Shown here one piece after another: positions 45,325 through 56,102 of a stretch of 64,000 bases of DNA. Origin of the DNA: Rebecca billardiae RCC1528 (lineage: Eukaryota > Protista > Haptophyta). How positions within the stretch are numbered: the first letter of the stretch is position 1; every line of letters begins with the position of its first letter. Made by a program: the position numbers and the translations under genes. Under the pieces are notes generated by a model that was not told the DNA's origin, searched no databases, and saw nothing but the letters and a program-made list of their open reading frames with translations. The stretch lies in the NCBI GenBank assembly GCA_965240325.2, contig OZ251229.1, positions 2,418,001 to 2,482,000 of the forward strand, in the 5' to 3' direction.

Positions 45325-46040
45325 GCGCGCGCAGCGACGCCAGCCGCATGGCGTGCGCCAAGACGGGGGGCGGCTGAGTTCTGCATCACCTACGCTCGTT
45401 CGGGCTCGCGGGTCATGCCTCCCATCGCGGCCGCCTCCGTCCGCCTTTGACCAGGGTGCGCGTGCAGGTGCGCCAGCAGTCGGCGACATCGCCTCCCGCG
45501 CGCCGCGCCACACCGCGGCTGACGGGGGGGTCTAGGAGGGAATCGCAGAAAGTTACGTGGCTGAAATTGTTCGGTGTACACGCATCATCAAAGGTAGCAC
45601 AGCTGCGTTTCGCCGTTGACGAGCTGCACCCCCCCTCAATTCGCGGGCTCTCCGCGCTCGCTTCGCGAGCAGGAACATCTGAGATCCGCACGCGAACATG
45701 CGCGCGCAGAGACGCCAGCCGCATGGCGTGCGCCAAGACGGGGGGCGGCTGAGTTCTGCATCACCTACGCTCGTTCGGGCTCGCGGGTCATGCCTCCCAT
45801 CGCGGCCGCCTCCGTCCGCCTCTGACCGGAGTGCGCGTGCCGGGTGCTCGGCAGCCTGCGCGCGCACCTTGCGCGCGCCGCGCCACACGGCGGCTGACAG
45901 CGGGGTCTAGGAGGGCATCGCAGAAAGTTACACGGCTGAAATTGTTCGCTGTACGCGCATGACCCAGTGCATCACAGCTGCGTTCCACCGTTCACGAGCT
46001 GCACCCCCTTGCATTCGCGGGCGCGCCGCGGCCGCGCTCG
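45325..46040. repeat. Diverged tandem duplication, period about 375 bp
   Basis: The block GACGCCAGCCGCATGGCGTGCGCCAAGACGGGGGGCGGCTGAGTTCTGCATCACCTACG... recurs with position 45361 matching 45736. The 3' halves are more diverged. Confidence 0.85.
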
Positions 46041-48018
46041 CGCAGGCGCATGGGATCCACGTGTTGGCTCGATCATCGGGATCAAGCGGGCTGCGCAGGC
46101 AGTGGGCTGGCGTACGAGCTCACTACACGCGCAGTGTCAGAATACGCTGCATCAGATGTGCCCCGTCGGCTGTGCTGCTGAGCATACGGCACACGACGGG
46201 CACTCGAGCAGTGTGGCTGGCGATGAGCCCGAGCATCCCAGCTGGCGTGCGAGTGGCTTACTGGGCGCAGCTGATGCACGAGCACCCTGCGTTGCACACC
46301 GAAGGTGCCAGAAGCACGCGTTCTTGCCATCCAGTCGTATCGTCCGGCCCCCATGCGCTCAAGGCGGGGGAGGAGATCTGCACGCGTACGCGCGCGCTGG
46401 AGATTCCCGAGGCCGCGCATCTGGGCGCTCGGGTTGCCTCCACAGGGGCACCTGAGCTTGACTCGAGGGCTGAGTGGAGCAGGCGACGAAACACGCACGA
46501 CGAGTGGCCGGCGTGATTGTCTGGGGTCTCCTCGTGACGCGCTTGCACGTTTTCGGCGCATCACCACTGTGCTGACTTCGCGGCGGCGCCCTGACCGCGC
46601 CCCGAGTGACCGTGTCATCGGCTGACCCGCTGACTGCACCCGGTACGTCCGTACCAGGCGCAGCTGAGACTCGCGCAGAGTAGCGCGCGGCCTATGGCTA
46701 TAGCCCGGTCGTAGCTTGCGCGTATAGGAGTAGCAGTTGTCGTCATGCGACCTGCTCGCCTGCTGCGCTAATAAAATTTGATGACTGGCCGACCGCGGAC
46801 GAAACCTGTATGCGCACGCAGCACGGGATCGATTACAGCGACGCGGGCAGCGTGCCCGCGCGTCGACGCACGGCCACTGCGGACCCGACGGCCATCAGTC
46901 CGAGCTCGCGTCGCGTCGGCGGACGGCTGGCTGGCGGATGAGTCGGCAGGCTTGGGGAGCCCGCGGGCGCGGCACGCCACGCTGATTGCATGCTGCTGTA
47001 GTTGCGCATCGCCTCTTCGTAGACGCGCTGCCTCACTCTCAGCTGAGCTCGGGCCGCCGGGTGCGACGACGGCTGGCGGGAGCCGCTGACAGTGACGTCA
47101 TGACGACCGACCGCGAACTCCGACCTGGCTGACAGCAGCGCGAGCAGCGCAGCACGGCGCGGCGCGATGCGATCTGCGGCGCGGCACGCTGCCAGCGCCA
47201 CTGGCGTGCGAGACCCCGCCCCGTCCCCGCAGCGCCGCGCTCACATGTGACCACGACCTGCACAACACGGGCCGTGGTCAGAAAGCCGTCGCGCGCGCGT
47301 TCATTTACGCGGCAACTTGGTGCTGAGCGCCAGCCGAGAGGTAGTGGCGACGACGACAGCCACTCCAGGTCGATGTGCACCTGCGTCTGTGCCCGGGTGC
47401 CGCTGGGATGCGATTGAGGATGAGAGCTTGCGGCAGCATGCCCTTACATGAGCAGCGGTCAGTTTGGAGAGCGTGAGTCGTGCCAGCACGCGAGAGCAGA
47501 CGTGCACGTTTCGAGCAGCCGAGCTGGACCATGAAAGTCAGCAATCCAGCGCGCATGCCGCGCACCCGAAAGAGCCGACCATCTCCGCATGCTCAGAGCA
47601 GCCGGCGGCGCGCTCGCAGAGTCGCTTCGGAGTCGCTTTGCGGCCGTCTCGGCGCGTGTCATGTGGAGCTGCTCTCGAGGCGAAGGAGGAGGAAGGCGTT
47701 GATCAGCGCCGCTGAAGACTAGGACTAGGCTCTCTCGCGAGGTCCGCCGCGCGGTCTACGCCGCCGATCACGGCCTCTTGAGGACGGTCGGCCAGCGCGC
47801 GCGTCGACAGCCATCGTGACGCCTCTCATTCAACTTTCGGCCCGTGTTAGCGCACTGTGCCGTAACTACGTCGTACGCACGTATTATTTATTTAAATGTA
47901 ATATACGACGACGCGCCTGCGTGCGAGTCGTGATGCTGCTGATGATGATGAGCGAGGCTGACGATGTAGCAGCTGGCGCTGCTGCTGCGCCGCCGTAGAA
48001 TTTATAGGCCGTATTTAT

Positions 48019-49200
48019 TTAGCGGCGGCAGTCGGGACTGCTGCTGATGCTGTCATCTTGACGGCGACCGTCGCCAGCAAGCCCCGAGGCGGAGAGGAGC
48101 ATCTCGCGGAGCAGTGCGGAGTGCGTGTGCACGGCTCGGCACGGGTAGGGCACGCCCCACGACGTCGTCCACGTGAGGGCGAACGGGTCGAAGTGCGCGT
48201 CGTCATGCTCGCGTTGCCGGCTTGCGGGCTGCCACGGCGCGCGCTCATTGTCGTTGTGCGCCTTTGAGAACGGGCAGAAGTACTCCTCGGGCATCGTGCT
48301 CAGGCGCAGCCGGAGCGACGGGTTGGACGTGTACTCCATCCACAGCGCCTCCTGGTCCGTCTTGCGCATCGGCAGGCTGCGCTGCGAGCTCCGCTGCGGG
48401 AAGTCCTGCCGCAAGTAGCGCCCTGCGGCGAGCACCATCCAGCGGTGCACCTCTGCCGTCCTGCGGAAGGCGAGCATGCACCCGCAGAAGGGCGGCGGCC
48501 CGGCGTAATCCGTGTCCCAGAAGCCACCCGAGTGCGTCCGCCTCGTCGAGCCCGGCGCGTACGCGCGGCCGGGGTCGATCACGGCCGCCACGTCGTGCAC
48601 GCCCAGCCCGTGCGTGAGCAGCGCGTGCGCAAACACGGGCTGCAGCACGTACACGTCGGTGTCCATGTAGAGCGAGCGCTCGAAGCGCGCGCTCAGCATG
48701 GCGTTGAACTTGGACAGCCAGAAGAAGTCGCGTGGCGACGCGCCCGGCGGCCCCTGCCCCTCCCCCTGCCCCCGCTGCGCGCGCTGCACGAGTGGCTGCA
48801 GCGCGGAGTGCAACGTGTGCGCGTCAGCGTGGTAGTCCCAGAGGCGGCTGGCGTTCGCGCAGCCAAACGTCCACTGGGGGCTAGGGCTGTCCAGGCGGCG
48901 GCGTGTCACGCTGTCGGCGAAGAGCTGCAGCGGCAGCCGCGGTCTCATCACCGCCCTCGTGTGCCGCACGAAGGAAACGGCCTCGCGCACGGCGCGCTTG
49001 TCTGGCCCGCGCGGGACAGCCGGCACGAGCACAACGTTCACGATGCCGAGGGCCTCGCCCGCGGAGTCAGGCGAAGAGCCATCGCCACCGATTGCCGCCG
49101 TGCTGTGGCTCGCGGCGAGGACAATAACAAGCACTGCCGTTCCGGCCACTCGACACATGTGTGAGATGCGCGGTGACCGGCAGCCATCGTCAATCGTCAT
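48019..49200 (-). CDS. Putative GT-A fold glycosyltransferase (nucleotide-diphospho-sugar transferase-like)
   Basis: N-terminal hydrophobic segment (alternative start 49158); SKFNAMLSARFERSLYMDTDVYV (DxD); TDQEALW; MPEEYFCP. Confidence 0.65.
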   Translation of the reverse strand: MTIDDGCRSPRISHMCRVAGTAVLVIVLAASHSTAAIGGDGSSPDSAGEALGIVNVVLVPAVPRGPDKRAVREAVSFVRHTRAVMRPRLPLQLFADSVTRRRLDSPSPQWTFGCANASRLWDYHADAHTLHSALQPLVQRAQRGQGEGQGPPGASPRDFFWLSKFNAMLSARFERSLYMDTDVYVLQPVFAHALLTHGLGVHDVAAVIDPGRAYAPGSTRRTHSGGFWDTDYAGPPPFCGCMLAFRRTAEVHRWMVLAAGRYLRQDFPQRSSQRSLPMRKTDQEALWMEYTSNPSLRLRLSTMPEEYFCPFSKAHNDNERAPWQPASRQREHDDAHFDPFALTWTTSWGVPYPCRAVHTHSALLREMLLSASGLAGDGRRQDDSISSSPDCRR

Positions 49201-49436
49201 GCTTGCCCGCCATGTTGTAACTACAGCTATGGCCGTTACGCGGCGCCGTTACCATATGTACCTTAGTATCATGTACATATGGCCGCGTTACGGCGTCGTT
49301 ATATATATATATATATATGGTACCTAGCATTATCCTCGCTGATGCAATCAACGGCCGCCTCGCATCTGTCTAGCTATGAGACTCTGCTGAGCGCACGTAC
49401 TGTACATCCGTCGTCGGGCCGCGCTTGGAGCCTTGG

Positions 49437-51479
49437 TCAGAAGCCGAGCGCATCCGCTGCTCGCGCATCACCCGTGCCCTCGGCAAACGTGCGGTGCCAG
49501 CGGTGCAGCTCGCGCATCATGTCGGCCTGGTTCGACACGGACGGCTTGCTGTGCCTCCGCGCCTCGTCAAAGTCGCTGTTGCGCAGCGGCCGGAGCAGCT
49601 CGGCAGGCAGCTGCGCGCCAGCCGACGCCGCGTCCGCGCCTGCGCCCGCGAGCAGCTCGCGGATCGGAATGAGCGCCGCGCTCGTGCACAGGTGCTTGAG
49701 GTCGGAGCCGCTGTACCCCTCGGTGATGCTGCGCACAGCGCGCGCGCGCGCCGACGGGTCGGAGGGAGGAGGGAGCGCGCGAGTGAGCGCGGCGGCGGCC
49801 GGGGTGACGGCACACGCTGCGCGCGCGGCGCGCGCCCCCGCGCGCGCACGCGGCCACGTGCTCCACGTCGACGCCCGCTCCGCGCGCCGAGGCGAGCTCT
49901 TCTGCGAGCAGCACGCGCAGGATGGACGCGCGCGCGGCCGCGTCGGGCATGTGCAGCGCGAGCCGGCGCGGCAGCCGGCGCAGCGCCGCGTCGTCCAGGT
50001 CGAAGGGGCGGTTGGTGGCGCCGAGCACGAGCACGCGCTGCGGCCCAGCCGCGCCGCCCGCGTCCGCGCGCGCGCCGCGCTCTTTCTCGGGCGGCTCCGA
50101 CAGCAGCCCGTCCCACTGCGAGAGGAACTCGTTGCGCAGCCGGCGCGTCGCCTCGTGCTCGCTCGCCGCGCCGCGCCGGCCGAGCAGCGAGTCGATCTCG
50201 TCGAGGAAGACCACGCACGGCGCGAGGCGGCGCGCCACCCTGAAGATGGCCGCCACGTCTGCTCAGCAGCCGCGGCAGCGGCAGGAGGCGCGCGAGAGCG
50301 AGCGAGCACGCGAGCGAGCGAGCGAGGGCGGGACCGGCCGAGGGGGCGCGCGCGCGCGGGCGCGCGGCGCGGCGTGAACTGCACACGCGCCGGCGGAGGG
50401 CCGCGGCGCGCGCGCGCGGCGCACGGCGGCGCTGGCTCCGCGCGCGTGGTGCGCGCGTGCGCGCACGCTTCTCGTCCTCGCCGTACCACTTGGACGTGAT
50501 CTCCGACATGGTGATGTTGAGGAAGGACGCGCCCGCCTCGGTGGCGACCGCCTTGGCCAGCAGCGTCTTGCCCACGCCGGGCGGTCCCGAGAGCAGCACG
50601 CCCTGCACGGCGTGGCGCGCGATGCCGGACGCGAAGAGCTGCGGCTGCTGCAGCGGCAGCGAGACGACCTCGCGCAGCGTGCGCTTCACCTCCGCCAGCG
50701 CGCCCACCTTGGCAAACGGCACGCCCACCGACGCCGCGGGCACCACCAGCCGCTCGATCGCCGCCTCGTACTCGTCCGAGGCGCCCGGCGGGCGGGCGGA
50801 GGCCGGGGCGGAGCGCTCGGCGGACGCCGAGCCGAAATGCGCCTCGCTCGCGCCGCAGCTCGGGCACTCGGCGCCCACCAGCCTGCCGCCGTGCTCCTCG
50901 TCCTCGCCCTCGCCCTCCGCCTCGCCACTCCCGCCGCCTCGGACGTGACGCAACCGGCCGCGCGCCGCGGGCAGCTCGCGCAGCAGTGCCTCGTCGCGCG
51001 CGTCGCCGAGCGTGCGCAGGGCGTGGCCGATGGCGGCCGAGCCCACGCTCAGCGGCGCGCGCTCGGCCTCGGCCGCGGCGCCGCCGGCGGGCAGCGCCGG
51101 CGCGCACGCGCCGCGCTCGGCGCGCAGCAGCGTCTCGGACAGCGCCCACTTCGCCACGCACTGCGCCTCGAACGGCCCCAGCTGCTCGGCCCACAGCCGC
51201 GCAGGCAGCTGCGCCGCCGCCGCGTGCGCGAGCACCGCTCGGCCGTCGACGAGCGCGAGCGCGCGCGAGATCGAGTCGAGATTGGAGGCGAGGGTGTGGC
51301 CGCGCTGGTCGGCGGCGAGCTGCTCGTGCCACGCGCGCGCCGCGTCGGCCTCGTCCGGCGCGCGCAGCACCAGGCTCGAGCCGCACTTCTTGCGCACGAG
51401 CTGCTGCCGGTACCGCGCCGCGCGCGCGTCGGCCGGCGCGGCAGCGCGCCGCAAAGCGACGCCGCCGCCGCCGCCGCCA

Positions 51480-51544
<65 letters not shown>

Positions 51545-51971
51545 GGCGCGCGTCGGCTGGAGCGCGGGGTTGGTGGAGGTGACGAGCGCGAAGAAGGGCG
51601 GCACGCGCGGCGCGCGGCGCAGCGCGCGCTGCAGCTGCGTGAGCACCCCCGGCACCTCGGCCGCACCATGCACACAGAGCACGAGGGGCGTGCTGAGCGC
51701 GCGCAACGCGTGCCGCAGCGCGCGCAGCTCCGTGCGCGTCGGGTCCGCCTCGTCCGCGGCGAGGAGGAGCTCGGTGAGCAGCGCGGACGGGCCCGCGCCC
51801 TCGGACTCGACCACGCGCTGCGCCTCCGCCAGCGCGCTCAGCGTGTGGAACCGCCCGCCGCGCACGGGCGCGCCGGGCGCACCCGGCGCGCGGCGAGGCG
51901 CAGAGCCGGGCGCGCGCACGCGCGCCACGCGCGCGCTCGCAGCGGGCTGGCGCACGGCGCCACCCGCGTCG

Positions 51972-52007
<36 letters not shown>

Positions 52008-52672
52008 GCCGGTCCCAACTCGTCCGCCGGCCCGCCCTTCGCCGCCGCGGGCGCAAAGGACGCGCCCGCCCCTCCGCCGCCGCCGTCCGCCGCGCGCGCG
52101 AGCGCCGCGCCCACGCGCCCGCTCGCGCGCGCCTCCGCCTCCCTGCCGACGAGCGCGCGGATCTCGTCGCAGAGCTCCTCGATCTCGTGGGCGAGCATCG
52201 CGACGCGCCGCGGGAGCTTGAGCCCGCTCCCCGTCGCGGACTCGCGCTCCTCATCCGCCGCACTGCGCGGCAGCGCCGCCGCGAGCCCGCCCAGCCTGAG
52301 CAGCAGAAAGTGCGCGCCCAGCTCGTGCGCGAGCGCGCGCGCCAGCCGCTCCTGGAGCAGCTCGGAGGACGGCGGGCCCTCGAGCAGCAGCCAGCGGTGC
52401 CGCCCGCCGATCCCCGGCCGGTGGCGCCCGTCGGCGCTGCGCAGCTGCACGTTCGCCGAGAGCACGCACACGCGCTTCGCCGCATCCGACAGGTGATACG
52501 CCGAGCCGTCGAGCTGTGCAAACGAGAAGCCCGTGTCCGACGGCGGGCGCAGCTCGTCGCGTAGCTGGGCGGCGCGCGCGAGCGCGCGCTCGGCGCCGTC
52601 AGCCGCGCGCGACGCGCCGCGAGCGGCGAGCCCGCGCGCCTGCGCGCCCAGCGCGGGCCGCCAGCGCCACAT
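49437..52672 (-). CDS. AAA+ ATPase, MSP1/ATAD1-like with a long N-terminal region
   Basis: Degenerate first AAA (LLLEGPPSSELLQERLARALAH); Walker A GPPGVGKT; Walker B VVFLDEID; EHEATRRLRNEF; SRH LGATNRPFDLDDAALRR; TEGYSGSDL. Predicted introns about 50259-50467 and 49729-49849. Confidence 0.9.
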
Positions 52673-52749
52673 CCCGATCGGCGGCCGCGAATCCCCACGC
52701 GCGCAGGCCGGTCGTCATCCCACGATGGCGGTCGCCCCGCTCTGAGTAG

Positions 52750-54472
52750 ACCATTCGCGCGGACCCGCTCAGCCTCAGCGCGGCCGCGGCGGCAGCGGCC
52801 GCGCTCGGCGCGTGCGTGCAGACGCTCCTCGGCCCGCAGGCCACGCTCAAGAGCGTCGGCGGCGCCGAGGCCGAGCGCGAGCCCGCCGACGCCGACGGCG
52901 CCGCCGAGCTCGACGCCGAGCTCACGTCGGACGTACCAACGCTGCTCGCGGCGCTCAAGGTGCGCCACCCCGTCGGCGCCGTGCTCGAGGAGCTGTGCGA
53001 GGCGCAGGCGGAGGAGGTCGGCTGCGGCCTGACCACGCTCGTCACGCTCTTCGCCCTGCTCGCCTCCGCGGCGAGCGAGCTGTGCGCGCGCGGGCTGCGG
53101 CCGGCGGAAGTGATTGGCGGCTTCGACGAGGCGGCCGCGCTGTGTGTGGCCGCGCTTCGCAGCATGCGCGTGCCGGTGGAGGCGCTGGTCGAGCCGCGTG
53201 ACGAGCCTCGAGACGCCACGCACGAGCCAGCGCCGCGCGCGCAGCCCCGCGAGCGCGGCACGCGCGCCGCGGCGGCGGGCGAGGAGACGCGCGCACCGCA
53301 CGCCGGCAGGCCCAGGCCGAGCGCACAGCCGGCGGCGGCGGAGGACGAGTTCGCGTGGTTCTTCGGCGGCGAGCACGACGCCGCGGCAGCCGAGGTGCCG
53401 AGAACGACCGCCGCCGCCGCGGCGGCGCTCGACGCCATCGGTGACGCCCCGCGGCGCCGGTGCGCGCCGGGCGCGGCCGAGGAGGCGCCGCCGCCGCCCG
53501 CCGATCCGGAGGGCGCGGCGCGCGAGCAGGCCGAGCTGATGCACGCGCTGGGGCGTGGCCTCGCGCACGGCCGGGCGCTCGAGATGCGGCTCGCCGTGAG
53601 CGCCGCGCTGAGCGCGGGCCTGAGCGTGGGCGCGGCGCGCGCGGCGGGCGCGGCGCGCGCCGGGCGGCGCGGCGCAGACGCGAGGCGGCAGCTGGCGGAC
53701 GCGTGCGTGGCGCGCGTGCGCGTGCACGGGCTGACCGGCCAGAGCGCGGCGGCGAGCGAGGCCGTCGGCGGCTCGGTGCTGCTGCCCATCGAGCGCGCGG
53801 ACGCCCAGGCGGTGTGCGAGCTGCGCGCGCGCTCACCGCCGCCCGCCGCCGCACCGCACGCGCCACCGCGCGCGCGCCGGCCGGAGCGCGCGCTGCCGCG
53901 CGTGCTGCCGCTGCTGCTCGACGGCGCGTGCGACCTGCCGCGCGACGAGCGCGCGCACGCGCCGACGCCCTTCGAGGGCTCCGTCGCGTCGGAGCTGGCG
54001 CGCGGCGCCGATGCGGGGCGGGCGGCGGGCGCGCTCGCGCGCGCGGTCGACGGCGAGGCCGCCGCGCACGCGCGCGCCGCCGCGCGCGCGCTCGACGCCG
54101 CGTGCGAGCGCGCGCGCGCCGCGCTCGCGCGCGGCCGCGCGGTGCGCGCGCTCGTGCTCTCGCGCGGCGCGGTCTCCGCCGCCGTGCGCGCGGCGTGCGC
54201 CGCGCGCGGCCACGTGCTGATCGGGCACGTCTCGCTCGCGGAGCTGCGCGCGGCCGCGGCGCTGTGCGGCGGCAGGCCCGCCGCGCGGATGCCTGCGCCG
54301 CGCGGCGCGGCCGCCGACGGCGGCGCCGGCTGGCCGCTGCCGGCGCGGCTGCTCCGCGCGCGCGTGTGGGCGGAAGGCTGGGTGCCGGCCGAGCAGGCGC
54401 GCGTGGTCGAGCGCGGAGCGCGGCGCGCGCGCCCGCCTGCGCGGGAGGAGAGCTGGCAGCTGCTGCTCAGCC

Positions 54473-54508
<36 letters not shown>

Positions 54509-55356
54509 GCGGCGAGCCTCCGCGCGGCACCCCGTGCGCGAGTGTGCTGCTCCGCGCCACGTCGGCCGCGGCCGTCGACGACGGCGCGCGCGCCGTGCGC
54601 AAGTGCCTCGCGCGCGTGCGGAACGCGCTGGCGACCTCCGTGGCGGACGATGACGACGGCGCGGCGCGGGCGGGCGGTGCGTCGGTACTCGCGGCGGCGC
54701 GCGCGCCGGACGAGCGCAGCGCGTGCTGCGTGCTGCCGGGCGCGGGCATCGCCGAGCTCGAGTGCATCCTGAGGCTGCGCGAGCGCGCGCGCGCGCAGCA
54801 GCGGCAGGGCGGTGCGCTGGCCGAGCACGCGGCGGCGCTCCGTGCGGCGGGTGGCGGCGGCGCGGCCGACGGCGCGGACGCCACTCGACTGCTTGTGCGC
54901 GCACAGACCACGGCGGCATTCGCAGCCGCGCTCGAGGGCGTGCTCGCGCGCGTGCTCGCCAACGGCGGCACCGACGCGCCGAGCGCCGCGGTGGCGGTGG
55001 ACGGCGCGCTCGCACGCTGGGCGCAGCTCGGCAGCGCGGCCGAGCGCGCCGCCAGCTGTGCGACGCCCGCTGGGCTGCGGGCGGCCATGGCTATTGCGCC
55101 CCTCCGCGCGCTGGCAAGCACGCACGCCGAGGGCGCCCCAGGCGCGTGCGTCGCCGCAGGCACGGCCAACGCCGCCGCCATCGTCGCCGCGCCCGCCGAG
55201 TCTCACTCTCAGCCAGGCGCGCGCCGTGCGCACGCGGTCGTGTGTGACGACCCGCTGAGCAAGGAGGCGGCCGTGCTGAACGCGAGTGCCGGGCTGCACC
55301 TCGTGCTGGGCGCGGACTGCGTCGTCACGCTCGCCCCAGCGGAGCGACGCGAGTGA
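52750..55356 (+). CDS. BBS12: Chaperonin-like BBSome assembly protein, most similar in pattern to BBS12; true start unresolved
   Basis: TLLGPQATLK; HPVGAVLEE..AQAEEVGCGLTTL (degenerate GDGTT); large insertion after the equatorial helix; VLPGAGIAE; DDPLSKEAA...LVLGAD. The frame opens after the TAG at 52747-52749 with no nearby in-frame ATG. Confidence 0.6.
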
Positions 55357-55703
55357 TGACGCCGATGCCGTTCCGAATAAGAGTCATCGTCGCGATCAAT
55401 ACGCTGCGCCTGCGGCGCCGGCGCGATTATGTCATGACGATGACACTCACTACATTTTGAGACTGTAGTCATTATATTACTTTATTGACACAGCTAGTAC
55501 GCAGTCGTCACTGTACAGTGTTATTGATATGAATTATATATTGCTGCTGACACGGTATACTGATGTGTATAGCAGCACGGTAGCGCGTGCCTCCGAGTCG
55601 CCAGTCCGAGCGCGGGGCGGCCGCTTGCTGCAATGGCCGCCTCGATGAGGTGCGGCAGCGCGCCCCTCACCTGCCTGCGCCGGTCTCTTTTGTGAACACA
55701 GTA

Positions 55704-55803
55704 CAGTTTACTAAGAATAAGAGACGCACACAGCTCAGGCAGGCGAGATTGACGCCCACAGTAAACTGTTGAGCTGTGTGCGTCTCTTATTCTTAGTAAA
55801 CTG
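55704..55803. mobile_element. 100-bp MITE-like element with CAGT...ACTG ends and TA flanks
   Basis: Perfect 37-bp inverted repeat 55701-55737 / 55770-55806. TA at 55702-55703 and 55804-55805, as expected for Tc1/mariner-type MITEs. Confidence 0.6.
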
Positions 55804-55870
55804 TACAGTTTACTATGATTTAACGTGCACACTTGGTTAAGGCGTGATTAACGCCATCCAACACTACAGT

Positions 55871-55950
55871 TTATTTGTTTTAACGTGCGTAAGGCTCACG
55901 GTGGCAGGTTGCCGCGCCATCCTTCATCGCACGCTCTCCGAAGAGAGACC
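55871..55950 (-). mobile_element. 5'-truncated copy of the tRNA-derived SINE
   Basis: Identical to 44964-45043. ACAGT at 55866-55870 and 55951-55955. Confidence 0.8.
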
Positions 55951-56102
55951 ACAGTATGCGAAGCGCAGCAGCACGGCGCGCGGGCGTAAATTGCTTGAGA
56001 GCATCTGACATGATGATGTCATGACGGGGCCCTCTACTGTACGGGTGCTGGTCGTTCAGTCAGCGGCTGAGCTCAAATCCACCGCCCCATCAACTGCAAA
56101 GC

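Noticed and set aside
46040-48000. Protein-coding gene in this interval
   Set aside because: Only short ORFs without recognisable motifs; no call can be supported.
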